From Syntrophorhabdaceae bacterium (lineage in GTDB: Bacteria > Desulfobacterota > Syntrophorhabdia > Syntrophorhabdales > Syntrophorhabdaceae), in NCBI GenBank assembly GCA_963666485.2, contig CAXXUO010000001.1, forward strand, positions 352,001 to 416,000: a DNA stretch of 64,000 nt, read 5' to 3'. The notes under the pieces were generated by a model. It was not told the DNA's origin and did not search any database. It was given only the letters and a program-made list of their open reading frames with translations. The position numbers and the translations under genes were made by a program. Positions 29,159 to 39,184 of the stretch are shown here, in pieces. How positions within the stretch are numbered: the stretch's first letter is position 1; the number at the start of each line of letters is the position of its first letter.

Positions 29159-30147
29159 AAGTCCTTTTCCTGGTACAGGGATTCACGGTAGCGGCAAGCC
29201 GGTACCGCGTACTGCAATATATTCCGTATCTCAAAAATCAGGGTATCGAGGCAACCGTGTCCCTGTATCCGCGCAACCCTCTGGAGACAATGAGCTTTCT
29301 TGGGAAGCTCCCGGAATATGACTGCCTGTTCCTTCAGCGAAAACGTTTCCGGGGGCCGTTTCTTGCCCTCGTACGCAAGCGTGCGAGAAAGATCATCTAT
29401 GATTTTGACGATTCGGTAATGTACCGCAATTCCAAGGCCGGGAGCCCCTACTCCCGGACGCGGATGAAACGGTTCGCCGACATGGTGAAGGCCTCGGATT
29501 TTGTCATCGCAGGGAACCGGTTCCTGATGGAGCAGACGGTCCCGTTCACAAAAAAAGTGGACGTCCTGCCGACAGCACTCGATGGCGGGCGTTACGTTCC
29601 AAAAGATTACAGCAAAGGCAAGGAACGGGTCACGATCGGTTGGATCGGTGACCACGGGAGCATCCATTACATGGAGAAGATGAAACCGATATTCGAAAGC
29701 ATCGGCCGGACCTACCCAAAAACAGAGCTCAGTATTGTCTGCGACGTATTCATTGACTGCCGTGACATTCCGGTCATCAAGAAAGCCTGGTCGCAGGAAA
29801 CGGAGATAGAGGACCTCAGGGATATGGATATCGGGCTCATGCCCCTCATGAACGATCTGTGGTCAGAGGGCAAATGCGGGCTCAAGATACTCCAGTATTT
29901 CGGCGTCGCGGTGCCCGCGGTGTGCACCCCGGTCGGCGTCAATAAAGACGTTGTGAAAGACGGCGAAACGGGATTCTATGCGAACACCCCGGACGAATGG
30001 GTCGACAGGCTGTCGAAACTTATCGAGGACCCGGGCTTAAGAAGGCGGATGGGTGAGAGCGGGCGCGAGGTCGTGATGAAGGATTATACGATCGAGGCAT
30101 GCGCGCCGAGACTGCTGGAAATTCTCTATAACACAGCGGGAAGGTGA
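29155..30147 (+). CDS. GT4 glycosyltransferase
   Basis: SRYRVLQY, YDFDD, IGWIG, GKCGLKILQY. Confidence 0.85.
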   Translation: MKVLFLVQGFTVAASRYRVLQYIPYLKNQGIEATVSLYPRNPLETMSFLGKLPEYDCLFLQRKRFRGPFLALVRKRARKIIYDFDDSVMYRNSKAGSPYSRTRMKRFADMVKASDFVIAGNRFLMEQTVPFTKKVDVLPTALDGGRYVPKDYSKGKERVTIGWIGDHGSIHYMEKMKPIFESIGRTYPKTELSIVCDVFIDCRDIPVIKKAWSQETEIEDLRDMDIGLMPLMNDLWSEGKCGLKILQYFGVAVPAVCTPVGVNKDVVKDGETGFYANTPDEWVDRLSKLIEDPGLRRRMGESGREVVMKDYTIEACAPRLLEILYNTAGR

Positions 30148-30155
30148 CCGGCGGT

Positions 30156-30872
30156 CTATTTTACCCGCTTCAGGTAACCCCGCGGGTTGAACGTCATAAA
30201 AAACTTTTCTTTCTCAGCATCGATGATAAAGCGGTCATCCTTTGTTAAAAATTCCTCGATAGCCTCCATCGGCCCCGGGCCATGCTCAACAAGGACCGGG
30301 TGGCCGTTCACATTTGAATCCTCCACGATCAGGTAACAACCTTTCGAAACGAGATCGCTGTATATTTTCAATTCCTGGTCAACATGTTTCTTGCTGTGGT
30401 CGGAGTCGAGTATGATCATAGTTTTTTCATCTTTCTTAACATGCTTCTTTACCTGCGCCACGACATCAGGGGCGACCGAAGACCCGGCAATATACGTAAT
30501 GCGGGGATGCGCGGGCCTTTTGGGCTTCGTGTCTATATCGACGCTCACGATCCTTCCGGTACCGATGAGGTCGCACATTGAAGCAAGGTAAAGCGTGGTC
30601 CCGCCTTCCGCCGTGCCGCATTCCACGATGAGGTCGGGCCGCGTGTCCCAGAGCGTTTCCTGGTATATCCACAGGTCAAGCGGGCATTTCTGCACGAAGA
30701 CGCCGAGCCAGCGGGTATTCTTCCAGGTCTTGCCCTGCAATGCCGCGTCATAATAAAGCCTGTGGAACTGGGTGACAATCTCTTTTTCGGTTTCGGGATT
30801 GCCGAATTTTTTCTTGTCGAGATATTTTCTTACTTTCCGTATTCCCCGTTTCGCCTCTTTGACAACGCCCAT
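30156..30872 (-). CDS. CmcI/cephalosporin-hydroxylase-family methyltransferase (sugar O-methyltransferase-like)
   Basis: WLGVFVQKCPLDLWIYQE, ECGTAEGG, LDSDHS, TFNPRGYLKR. Confidence 0.85.
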   Translation of the reverse strand: MGVVKEAKRGIRKVRKYLDKKKFGNPETEKEIVTQFHRLYYDAALQGKTWKNTRWLGVFVQKCPLDLWIYQETLWDTRPDLIVECGTAEGGTTLYLASMCDLIGTGRIVSVDIDTKPKRPAHPRITYIAGSSVAPDVVAQVKKHVKKDEKTMIILDSDHSKKHVDQELKIYSDLVSKGCYLIVEDSNVNGHPVLVEHGPGPMEAIEEFLTKDDRFIIDAEKEKFFMTFNPRGYLKRVK

Positions 30873-31007
30873 ACGCCCCTCGTCCCTTCTCTAAATCTGT
30901 GATATGAAAACGCCATATTCTCACCCCGCGCGTGATATGATGTCAACACAAAAGTCGTTTTCAATCCTCTGGTCATTTCCGCACCGGTGGTGTATAGTGA
31001 TTTTCAC

Positions 31008-32414
31008 ATGAAGAAATACCCGGCAGAAAAATTCACCTGGTTCGTGAAGGACGAAGATGTTTTTCCCGTCGTCCAAGATATCGTTCATCCTGAAGGCGAT
31101 AGGCGAAGCTACCATATTCGTCAGTGGCGCGGATCGAAGGTATTCATCAAGACATTCAGCGAAAAAGGTGTGGCAGGAAGGGTCCGCTCTCTCCTGGCGC
31201 CGCGCGGCAAAAAAGAATACCTCATAGCGGAGAGGCTGGGCTCGCTCGGCGTCCCTTCTCCTGTTCCCCTGGGCTATGCCGTCGGGCAGAATGTCTCCGC
31301 CATCATCGAGACGTGTATCGACGGCAGGACGTTCCTCGACGTATTTAAGAATACCGATGACAGGGGCCGACTGCTGAAGGAGCTTGCGCATTTCCTTCGC
31401 TTCCTCAAGGCGAAAAAGGTGCGCCACGACGACCTTCACCTCGACAATATTCTCGTTTCTGGCGAGACGCTGCACCTCATTGACCTGCACAAGGTACGGA
31501 TAAAAGCGGCATTCACCGAAACGGACGAGATCACGAACGCGAAGCATGCTCTCGGGACGATATATTACGACATGGGTCCCCCGGAGCGCAGCCTCTTCTT
31601 TGCCGCGTATGAGGCCGAACCGGTTATGGCGGGCAAGATCACGGACGCGATCAGGTCGTTGCGCGATGCATGGGTCGTAAACAAGATGGCCCGTGCATTC
31701 CGCGATACCTCGGTCGTGCGCCGGGACGGAACGAGATTCATCATCCGAAACCGTGAAGGATCAGGCAGCGGTAAATTTGTTGAAATGCTGAAGAAAGACA
31801 GGAAAGTGCGGGTCGAGCGCTACGGTGATCACGTGCGTAAAACATATACGGGCATATTTCGTCTCAAAGCCGCATGGCGAAACCATGTCGCCCTGGAATA
31901 CCTGCGCAAGGCCATCACGCCCGCCGTTTATTATGCCGAGGTCCCCAAACACGGGCACGGCTATATAGCCATGGAAGATCTGACAGGCAGGGGCGAGGAA
32001 CTCGACCGGTACCTCGACAGGAATTATGATGCCATGGACACCCCGGAACGGATATCTTTCATCTCGGAACTGTCGGGTTTCTTCCTCGGTGCAATGGCCT
32101 GGGGGATCTCCCACAGGGACCTCAAGGCCTGCAATATCTTCGTTCTGACAAAAGGCGGGTTCCTGTTCCTCGACGTCGAAGACATACAATTCCGACATCC
32201 CGCACCGGACACCCTGAAAAAGCTTTTCTGCCAGCTCAACAACACCCTCCCGAAACGCATATCGCTCAAGGACCGCATGCGTTTCTTCCTGCGGCTTGTT
32301 TCCGCCGTCGATTACGATAAAAAACAGCTCTTCAAAGAGGTCATTGCCGAATCGCTGAAAGACAACATTGTCTATGAAGGGGTCGCGGGACTCGTCACGG
32401 ATTCGTGGAAATGA
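31008..32414 (+). CDS. Lipopolysaccharide kinase (Kdo/WaaP/InaA family) with two kinase domains
   Basis: HDDLHLDNIL...IDL and HRDLKACNIF...LDVE. Confidence 0.8.
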   Translation: MKKYPAEKFTWFVKDEDVFPVVQDIVHPEGDRRSYHIRQWRGSKVFIKTFSEKGVAGRVRSLLAPRGKKEYLIAERLGSLGVPSPVPLGYAVGQNVSAIIETCIDGRTFLDVFKNTDDRGRLLKELAHFLRFLKAKKVRHDDLHLDNILVSGETLHLIDLHKVRIKAAFTETDEITNAKHALGTIYYDMGPPERSLFFAAYEAEPVMAGKITDAIRSLRDAWVVNKMARAFRDTSVVRRDGTRFIIRNREGSGSGKFVEMLKKDRKVRVERYGDHVRKTYTGIFRLKAAWRNHVALEYLRKAITPAVYYAEVPKHGHGYIAMEDLTGRGEELDRYLDRNYDAMDTPERISFISELSGFFLGAMAWGISHRDLKACNIFVLTKGGFLFLDVEDIQFRHPAPDTLKKLFCQLNNTLPKRISLKDRMRFFLRLVSAVDYDKKQLFKEVIAESLKDNIVYEGVAGLVTDSWK

Positions 32415-32418
32415 AGAC

Positions 32419-32441
32419 CGTGAGGCGTGAGCGCGTAAGGC
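32419..32441 (+). repeat. Short CGTRAGG heptamer run after stop codon
   Basis: CGTGAGG CGTGAGcg CGTAAGG. Confidence 0.65.
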
Positions 32442-32478
32442 ATTAAAAAAGCGGTTCCTCATTCCGGACACTGTGTGT

Positions 32479-32598
32479 CGTCATTCCGGCGAAGGCCGGA
32501 ATCCAGGGTCTTTCCTCTTTTTTTCATCAAATATTCCCGCCTGAATCATGAAGCTATTCCTGCAAAGGCACTGGACCCCGGCCTTCGCCGGGGTGACG
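32479..32598. repeat. CGTC-type REP doublet (inverted pair)
   Basis: CGTCATTCCGGCGAAGGCCGGAATCCAG at 32479 and CTGGACCCCGGCCTTCGCCGGGGTGACG ending at 32598, between convergent genes. Confidence 0.88.
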
Positions 32599-32613
32599 GC
32601 AGGGGAAGAGACC

Positions 32614-33609
32614 TTACTCTATCAACGCCATCCCCGCAACCGATTTTCCCCCGCTTACGACCACGAATTTCGCCCGCTCGGTTCCCGACGGGTCCCAGCG
32701 AACGGCAATCTTTCTTGCTTCGAATCTTTTGATGTTTTCCCTTTTGTAGCCGACCAGGAGGGGAACGTCGTTTTTATGAATGATGATCGTGATCTCAGCC
32801 GGGGGTTCGAACTCCCGCAGAACTTCTTCAACCGCCTCGTTAAATATCCTCGACTGAACGAGAAACCCGTAGGCGGGGTGATAGTTGCCGCCTGCTACCA
32901 TGTCCCGCACAAGTTCATTGTCGGTCAAACCGACATTTGCTACCTCTATCCCGTTCTCCATGGCTGCTTTGTAAATTCGGCAGGCCCTCTCGAGCACGTC
33001 GTCGAAGGCGTCCGGAATAAATCTTTGCTCTTCATAAAGAGAGTGAAGCGGCGTGTTCCTCATAATGACGAGAGGATAGATGCGGATATAGCCGGGTTTC
33101 AGCCGGACCATGTACCGGATCGTCTCATCGATGTCGCTCGTCTTCTCCCCCGGCAATCCGACCATGAATTGCAGGGCGAGATCGAAACCTTCTCTCTGCA
33201 ACCTGTCGTATGCCTGCAAAAGGTCCCCTCCCGTGTGCCCCCTGTTAACATACGCCAGGATCGCGTCGTTGAATGTCGGTATGCCGAGCTCGATCAGCCC
33301 CACCCCGTTCCTTTTGAGCACGGCTATAGTTTCGTCCCTCAAGGGGACGGGCTTTGTCGAGAGGCGGAAACTGCGTATCAGGCCGCGCCACTCGTCAAAA
33401 AACCTGAAGATGTTCTCGAGCATGGCGGGTTCGATACCGAAGATGTTGCCGCCGAAAAGGCCGACCTCGCAGGGTTCGGTCCGTCCGGCAAAGGCGGCAT
33501 CGATCCGGGATTTGACGTCGTCACGGCCTGCCTCGGTGATATAGCCCTGGTGACAATAGATACATCTTTGGGAGCATCCGAGGTGAGGCAGAAATACCGG
33601 AACGACCAT
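32614..33609 (-). CDS. Radical SAM protein (Elp3/YhcC-like)
   Basis: PVFLPHLGCSQRCIYCHQ, IELG, MVGLPG, RIYP, YHPAYG. Confidence 0.85.
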   Translation of the reverse strand: MVVPVFLPHLGCSQRCIYCHQGYITEAGRDDVKSRIDAAFAGRTEPCEVGLFGGNIFGIEPAMLENIFRFFDEWRGLIRSFRLSTKPVPLRDETIAVLKRNGVGLIELGIPTFNDAILAYVNRGHTGGDLLQAYDRLQREGFDLALQFMVGLPGEKTSDIDETIRYMVRLKPGYIRIYPLVIMRNTPLHSLYEEQRFIPDAFDDVLERACRIYKAAMENGIEVANVGLTDNELVRDMVAGGNYHPAYGFLVQSRIFNEAVEEVLREFEPPAEITIIIHKNDVPLLVGYKRENIKRFEARKIAVRWDPSGTERAKFVVVSGGKSVAGMALIE

Positions 33610-33733
33610 AATGCAGTATTGTGTATCGTTTTTTTCGCAATTGCAAATTATGCATCGTTATGACCGGTTTGGCCGCCCGCTCGCTTTCAAAAGCTGTTGC
33701 AAAAAGTAAAACAACCGTTCCATAATAGAAACC

Positions 33734-35026
33734 ATGGCTCCGGCAGACAGCAGGATGGGTAGTCAGATACCCGAGGAGAGACTGGGAAAGGCCGAAGTCT
33801 TCTTCCAGAGGGTGCACGACGTGTTCTCGGGCGGGTCTGCCATACTGTGCGTTTCCGCCCGCATAGCCGGGCCGCTCGATGTTCAGCTCGTCAAGCAATC
33901 GTGCCGGAAGCTCTGGGAGAGACATCCTCTGCTCCGTGCCCGGATATCGGCAAAGGCGGACGGACCCTGCTTCGTATTCGATGTCCCCTTCAACAGGATA
34001 CCCATCCACTCGGTGTTCGAACTCGGTAAGACCGAGATCCCCACATTTGTCGAGCGCGAAATAAGCTCGGCATTCGATACGGCGCGCTGCCTGTGGAAGG
34101 TGCTGCTCGTAACGGACAAGGTGAAACTCGATAAGCATTACCTGGTCGTCTGTACCCATCGTTCGATAAGCGACCCGTTCTGTACCGTCAGTCTTGCCCG
34201 CGAAATGCTGGAGGTATGCGCACAAATACTGTCGGGCATGGAATGCGAGGTCAGCCTGTTGCCCGTGAGCCCGAATTTCGAGCAGATCGCCGCGTCGATC
34301 CCTGAATCGCTCTTCTCGGAAGGCATGTCCGGCAGCAGGAAAGAGGGATCTGTTGGCGGCCGGATGCCCTGTCCGGACGTCCCCGTCAACAAGAGAAATA
34401 CGCGCATCAGGAGCCACACGATAAAACCCGAGCGCCTTAAAACACTGAAGGCCCTGGCCAGGGCCGAAAAAGCCACGATGCGGGGGATGCTCGCAGCCGC
34501 GACCGCCATGGCGATGCAAAAGCAGATCGGGGATGATGTCCCGATCGATATCCGCACCCCGTTAAGCATCCGGAAACTCACCACGCCCCGGATCGGCAAA
34601 GACGAAATGCGGTGCCTCGCGTATGATGCGCGCATTCAATCGAAACAGATCTCCGACCGCGCAAGTTTCTGGAGCTTTGCACGGGATTATGAGGCCGCGC
34701 TCCTGGCTTCCGCACCGTCGGCAGATTGGCCCGTTCACGCGCCGGAGATGAACGATGATCCCGATCAGGCACCCGGCTTGCCGCTCTCGTGCTCGCTCGT
34801 ATACGCAAACGAGATCCGCCGCATTCAGAAGAGCCCGTTCACGATCGAGAACTTCCTGCTGGTGAGGGGCTTGAGGTCCGCGGACAAGCTTATGTTCATT
34901 TCTGCAATGCCCGTGCTGGGCAGCCTGCCGGTCACATTCGCATATGTGTCACCCCTTCTCGATGAGGCCTGGGTCGACAAATTCGTCAAAAACTTCATTC
35001 ACATACTCGAAAAGACCATAAAATAA
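33734..35026 (+). CDS. Stand-alone condensation/CoA-dependent acyltransferase-fold protein
   Basis: RHPLLRARI, FDTARCLWKV, degenerate active-site motif THRSISDP. Confidence 0.65.
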   Translation: MAPADSRMGSQIPEERLGKAEVFFQRVHDVFSGGSAILCVSARIAGPLDVQLVKQSCRKLWERHPLLRARISAKADGPCFVFDVPFNRIPIHSVFELGKTEIPTFVEREISSAFDTARCLWKVLLVTDKVKLDKHYLVVCTHRSISDPFCTVSLAREMLEVCAQILSGMECEVSLLPVSPNFEQIAASIPESLFSEGMSGSRKEGSVGGRMPCPDVPVNKRNTRIRSHTIKPERLKTLKALARAEKATMRGMLAAATAMAMQKQIGDDVPIDIRTPLSIRKLTTPRIGKDEMRCLAYDARIQSKQISDRASFWSFARDYEAALLASAPSADWPVHAPEMNDDPDQAPGLPLSCSLVYANEIRRIQKSPFTIENFLLVRGLRSADKLMFISAMPVLGSLPVTFAYVSPLLDEAWVDKFVKNFIHILEKTIK

Positions 35027-35038
35027 CCGGGAGAACCC

Positions 35039-36124
35039 ATGAAAATTTCCACATCGAAATATCTGCAGATCCTCGTAGTCATTACCATGATCGCACTTTC
35101 CGCGATCATCGCCCGCCCTCAGGCGGCACTGTCGGGGCCTTTGCCAAAAATAAAGATACTCGCGATGGGAGGGACCATCGCCGGGGTCGCGGCCTCCCCG
35201 ACAGAGACCAAGGATTACAAACCCGGCACCCTGGACATCGCGTCCATAATCCGGTCCGTACCCGGTCTCGAAAAACTCGCCGACATCTCGGGCGAGCAGG
35301 TGGCGAATGTCGACAGCTCACATATGACGGACGAGCTCATGCTCAAGCTTGCGCGGCGGGCCAATGAGCTCTTCGCGACCGGGGCGGTTGACGGGATCGT
35401 CGTGACGCACGGCACAGATACCCTGGAAGAGACGGCATATTTCCTGAACCTGACCGTGAAAAGTGATAAACCCGTGGTCATCACCGGTTCTATGCGGCCC
35501 TCCACGGCGATAAGCGCGGATGGTCCCCTCAACCTTTACAACGCCGTTGTCCTGGCGGCTGACAAACGGTCGCGCGGACGGGGCGTACTCGTCACCCTCA
35601 ACGAGACTGTCCATGCGGCCCGCTTTGTGACAAAGACAAACACGACGAGCGTTGACACGTTCCGCTCCGCGGACCTCGGGTGCCTCGGGTACGTCCTCGA
35701 CGGCATACCGTATTTTTACCAGTCGACCGCGAAACGGCATACCGCTTCATCCGAATTCGACACAGGCGCTATGAGGTCGCTGCCGCGCGTTGACATCATC
35801 TACGGTCACGCGAATGGCAGCCGGGCCCTCGTCGACGCGGCCCTAAGCGCCGGGTCACAAGGGATCATCATTGCGGGCGCCGGGAACGGCGGTATTTTCC
35901 CGAAGGAAAAAGAGGCCCTTATCGATGCCGCAAAAAAAGGCGTGCCGGTTGTCCGGGCATCGCGTACCGGCAGCGGGATTGTGACGCAGAGCGGGGAATA
36001 CGACAGGTACGGTTTCGTGACATCGAATAACCTTAATCCGCAAAAAGCCCGGATACTGCTGATGCTGGCCCTTACAAAAACGACGCAGCGGAAAGAAATT
36101 CAAAGGATGTTCGACGAGTATTGA
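35039..36124 (+). CDS. ansB: Type II (periplasmic) L-asparaginase/glutaminase
   Basis: Signal peptide, GGTIAG, THGTDTLEETAYF, GSMRP, SADGPLNL, LNPQKARILL. Confidence 0.92.
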   Translation: MKISTSKYLQILVVITMIALSAIIARPQAALSGPLPKIKILAMGGTIAGVAASPTETKDYKPGTLDIASIIRSVPGLEKLADISGEQVANVDSSHMTDELMLKLARRANELFATGAVDGIVVTHGTDTLEETAYFLNLTVKSDKPVVITGSMRPSTAISADGPLNLYNAVVLAADKRSRGRGVLVTLNETVHAARFVTKTNTTSVDTFRSADLGCLGYVLDGIPYFYQSTAKRHTASSEFDTGAMRSLPRVDIIYGHANGSRALVDAALSAGSQGIIIAGAGNGGIFPKEKEALIDAAKKGVPVVRASRTGSGIVTQSGEYDRYGFVTSNNLNPQKARILLMLALTKTTQRKEIQRMFDEY

Positions 36125-36183
36125 CCACAAGGCAGGGGCGTTCTTCCTTGACTTTTGGCCTCCTCTTTCCTTAATCTGTACCC

Positions 36184-37008
36184 ATGCAAAAACTCGCCAT
36201 AGGCATGTTCGACTCGGGGGTCGGGGGGATGACCGTCCTTAAGGAAGTAAAGGCCCTTCTGCCCCATGAGCACATCATCTATTTCGGGGACACCGCGAGG
36301 GTGCCCTATGGCAACAAATCTCCGCAGATGGTAACGAAGTACGCGCTCGAAAGCGCCCTCTTCCTCCTGACGAAGGGCATCAAGCTCCTCATCATAGCAT
36401 GCAACACGTCTTCGGCATTCGCCCTCCAGATACTCCAGAAAAAAATGCCGATCCCCGTCATCGGCGTCATAGCGCCGGGGGCCAGGGAGGCTGTCAGGAA
36501 CACGAAAAGCAGGAAAGTGGCCGTCATCGGCACCCGGACCACCATAAAAAGCATGGCATATGACAGGTCGATCAGGAAGCTCGATCCGGGCATAGAAGTT
36601 TTTTCGCGTGCCTGTCCCCTCTTTGTGCCGATCGTCGAGGAAGGGCTCGAACACGATGAGATCGCGAGCCTTACGGCCGGGAAATACCTTAGCGACCTGC
36701 GTGGTTCGGGGATCGACGTGATCGTCATGGGCTGCACTCATTACCCGGTCCTCGAGGACGTGATCAGGCAGACGCTGGGAAGCGGCATCAAGATCGTCCA
36801 TTCCGGGAAGGAAACGGCAAAAGAGGCCCGGGCCATCTTGAATGACAGGGACCTCTTCAACAAGAGGGGCCGCGGCAAGTGCGAGTATTTTGTGACCGAC
36901 GCGCCCGGGTCTTTTCGTGATATTGGCGGAAGGATCCTGGGAGAGGACCTCACGCACGTGAGATCGCTGAAAAGCCTCGGCTACCAGGACCTTCTTTTCT
37001 CTTCATGA
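36184..37008 (+). CDS. murI: Glutamate racemase
   Basis: FDSGVGG, PYGNKS, ACNT, GCTHYP. Confidence 0.96.
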   Translation: MQKLAIGMFDSGVGGMTVLKEVKALLPHEHIIYFGDTARVPYGNKSPQMVTKYALESALFLLTKGIKLLIIACNTSSAFALQILQKKMPIPVIGVIAPGAREAVRNTKSRKVAVIGTRTTIKSMAYDRSIRKLDPGIEVFSRACPLFVPIVEEGLEHDEIASLTAGKYLSDLRGSGIDVIVMGCTHYPVLEDVIRQTLGSGIKIVHSGKETAKEARAILNDRDLFNKRGRGKCEYFVTDAPGSFRDIGGRILGEDLTHVRSLKSLGYQDLLFSS

Positions 37009-38963
37009 TTGCCGACATAGCCCTGCCTATACCTGTCGGCAAAAATTTTTCCTATTCAGTACCTGATGAGATGGCCCCGCATATTTCCCTGTGGTCACGG
37101 GTGCGCGTCCCGTTCCATCAAAGGGACGCCGTTGGCATCGTTGCGGACCTTAAGGAGGGCGACCCGACCGGGCTCAAGCCCGTGATCGAGCCCCTCGACT
37201 TTTTCCCGCTCGTCAATGAGGAACTCCCGGCCCTCGCGAAGTGGGCGTCATCATACTACCTTGCACCGATCGGCCTCGTTATGAAATACGCCCTGCCTCC
37301 TGTGCGCGATATCGAGCGCTACCTTGTCGCCGGGGAACCGGCGGGCGCCGAAGCGGCCTGTCCGGTACCGCTCGGCAAAATGATCAAACGATCGGGACAT
37401 CTTGGCCTTATGGAACTTTACAGCAAGGGTGCTCTCGCCTTAAGCGACAGCCTGTCACACAACGACTTCGGCCCGGCCGGACTTAAGGCCCCGGGGGAAC
37501 CGGACAAGGAGGCGGAGAAAATCGTCCTTGTCGATTCGCTGGAAAAGCGGCTGGAAAGATATGTCTCGCTCATCAATGCCCGCCTTGAAAATAACGGGAA
37601 CATTCTTTTCCTCCTGCCGGACCACCACGCGGCGGGAGCGTATTTCGCACGGATAATGAAGGAATTGTATGGCGACCGTGTCCTCTGGTTCGGTTCGGGC
37701 ATACCGGTGAAGCAGCGGATGGAGACGTACTTCCGGGTCCGCCATGACGACGGGCATATTATCCTCGGCAATAAAAGCCTGGTATTCCTCCCGGCCCGCA
37801 ACCTCTCCCTCATCATCGCGGAAAGGTTTGACGACGAAGAATACCGGAACGAGGAAAGCTTCAAATTCAACGCCGTCCGGACAGCTGTTGAACGCGCCCG
37901 CCTGAGCGGTGCCCCGGTCATTCTCGGCAGCGCCGCATGCTCTCTGGAAATTCTTCATCGCGTCCGCGAAAATGGATACGCGCTGCATTTTCGGGCCGCG
38001 GACAATCTCTCACGCCTGCCGGCAACGGTACGCTCGAGGTCTTCAGGCGAATTGCTCGATCGTCTTTGCGCCGATATCGAAGACTCCGCCCGGAGGGGGA
38101 TGAGAGTCGCCGTTTACGTCCCCCGCAAGGAATACGGCTCTTACCTCAGATGCCAGGCGTGCCGGGAAGACCTCTTATGCGAAAAATGCGGGTCACCCTT
38201 CACGTATGACCGGGACAGCAATAACCTTGAATGTTCCTCCTGCGGGACCGGTCACCCCTATATAGATTCATGTCCCGTGTGCGGCAGCCGCATGATCGGT
38301 TTCGCGAGAATAGGTGCATCCTTCGTGTTCGACCACATTTCCCGGAATGTTCCCGGCATCCGCGCCGCACTCATCACCGGTGATTCACTGAAAAAAGAGC
38401 TATCCATCTTGAAGAAGAACGGTCCCGCTCCTCAATGCCTGGTAGGGACGCAGTCGCTTTCAAAACTTTACGGTCATCAGTGTGACAGGCTTTATCTCGT
38501 GGACTGGGAAGAATTACGCAAAATGTCCGGGTTCCGGTCAGACGAAAAAACTCACCAGGTCCTCCTGAACCTTATCGACGCCCTGAAGCCCCACGAGATC
38601 GTGTGCTACTCCAGACAAAAAAAATCCTCAGATATCGCGGCCTACCTGGACCCTCAGCAATTTTGCGGGACCGAGCTTCAAAAACGCAAGGACGCTGAAT
38701 TCCCCCCTTTCACCAGGATGTTCATCATCGACGCGCGGGCAAAAACCCGGCCCGCCGCCGACCGTGCCCTCTCAAAGATCAAGACGGTCATCTCCGCCAA
38801 CGGCCTCGACCCGTTCGTCTTCGGCACCGTACCCGCCAATAAGGGCCCCTATCACGTTTGGAAAACCCTCCTGAAAGGCCCCGAAGACCTGCTTAACAAA
38901 GCCTTCGCAGACCTGTACAGCATCCCGGGCGTAGAGATCGAAGCGGATCCGCCCTCCTTTTAA
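37005..38963 (+). CDS. priA: Primosomal protein N' (PriA)-like protein with degenerate helicase motifs
   Basis: N-terminal 3'-DNA-binding domain (FSYSVP...RVRVPF), four CxxC pairs, C-terminal FPPF and EADP; no Walker A or DExH. Confidence 0.75.
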   Translation: MIADIALPIPVGKNFSYSVPDEMAPHISLWSRVRVPFHQRDAVGIVADLKEGDPTGLKPVIEPLDFFPLVNEELPALAKWASSYYLAPIGLVMKYALPPVRDIERYLVAGEPAGAEAACPVPLGKMIKRSGHLGLMELYSKGALALSDSLSHNDFGPAGLKAPGEPDKEAEKIVLVDSLEKRLERYVSLINARLENNGNILFLLPDHHAAGAYFARIMKELYGDRVLWFGSGIPVKQRMETYFRVRHDDGHIILGNKSLVFLPARNLSLIIAERFDDEEYRNEESFKFNAVRTAVERARLSGAPVILGSAACSLEILHRVRENGYALHFRAADNLSRLPATVRSRSSGELLDRLCADIEDSARRGMRVAVYVPRKEYGSYLRCQACREDLLCEKCGSPFTYDRDSNNLECSSCGTGHPYIDSCPVCGSRMIGFARIGASFVFDHISRNVPGIRAALITGDSLKKELSILKKNGPAPQCLVGTQSLSKLYGHQCDRLYLVDWEELRKMSGFRSDEKTHQVLLNLIDALKPHEIVCYSRQKKSSDIAAYLDPQQFCGTELQKRKDAEFPPFTRMFIIDARAKTRPAADRALSKIKTVISANGLDPFVFGTVPANKGPYHVWKTLLKGPEDLLNKAFADLYSIPGVEIEADPPSF

Positions 38964-38964
38964 T

Positions 38965-39020
38965 CGTGAGGCGTGAGGCGTAAAAACCTTGGATCCCGGT
39001 GTCAAGCACCGGGATGACGG
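38965..39020 (+). repeat. (CGTGAGG)2 run followed by a single reverse REP
   Basis: CGTGAGGCGTGAGGCGTAA then AAAACCTTGGATCCCGGTGTCAAGCACCGGGATGACGG. Confidence 0.8.
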
Positions 39021-39070
39021 TCTTGATAATAGACTCAGGGACAAGAAAAAGTCGCAAATAATATTATAAT

Positions 39071-39184
39071 CGTCATTCCGCCGGCTTTTGCGGCGGAATC
39101 CAGCGTCTTTCGATTTTTTTCCCGTTCCCCATGATGTGAAGAAGAAAAACCAAAGACGCTGGATTCCGGCAAGCCGGAATGACG
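39071..39184. repeat. CGTC-type REP doublet
   Basis: 39071-39110 and 39152-39184 are inverted copies sharing the CCAGCGTCTTT tail. Confidence 0.88.
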
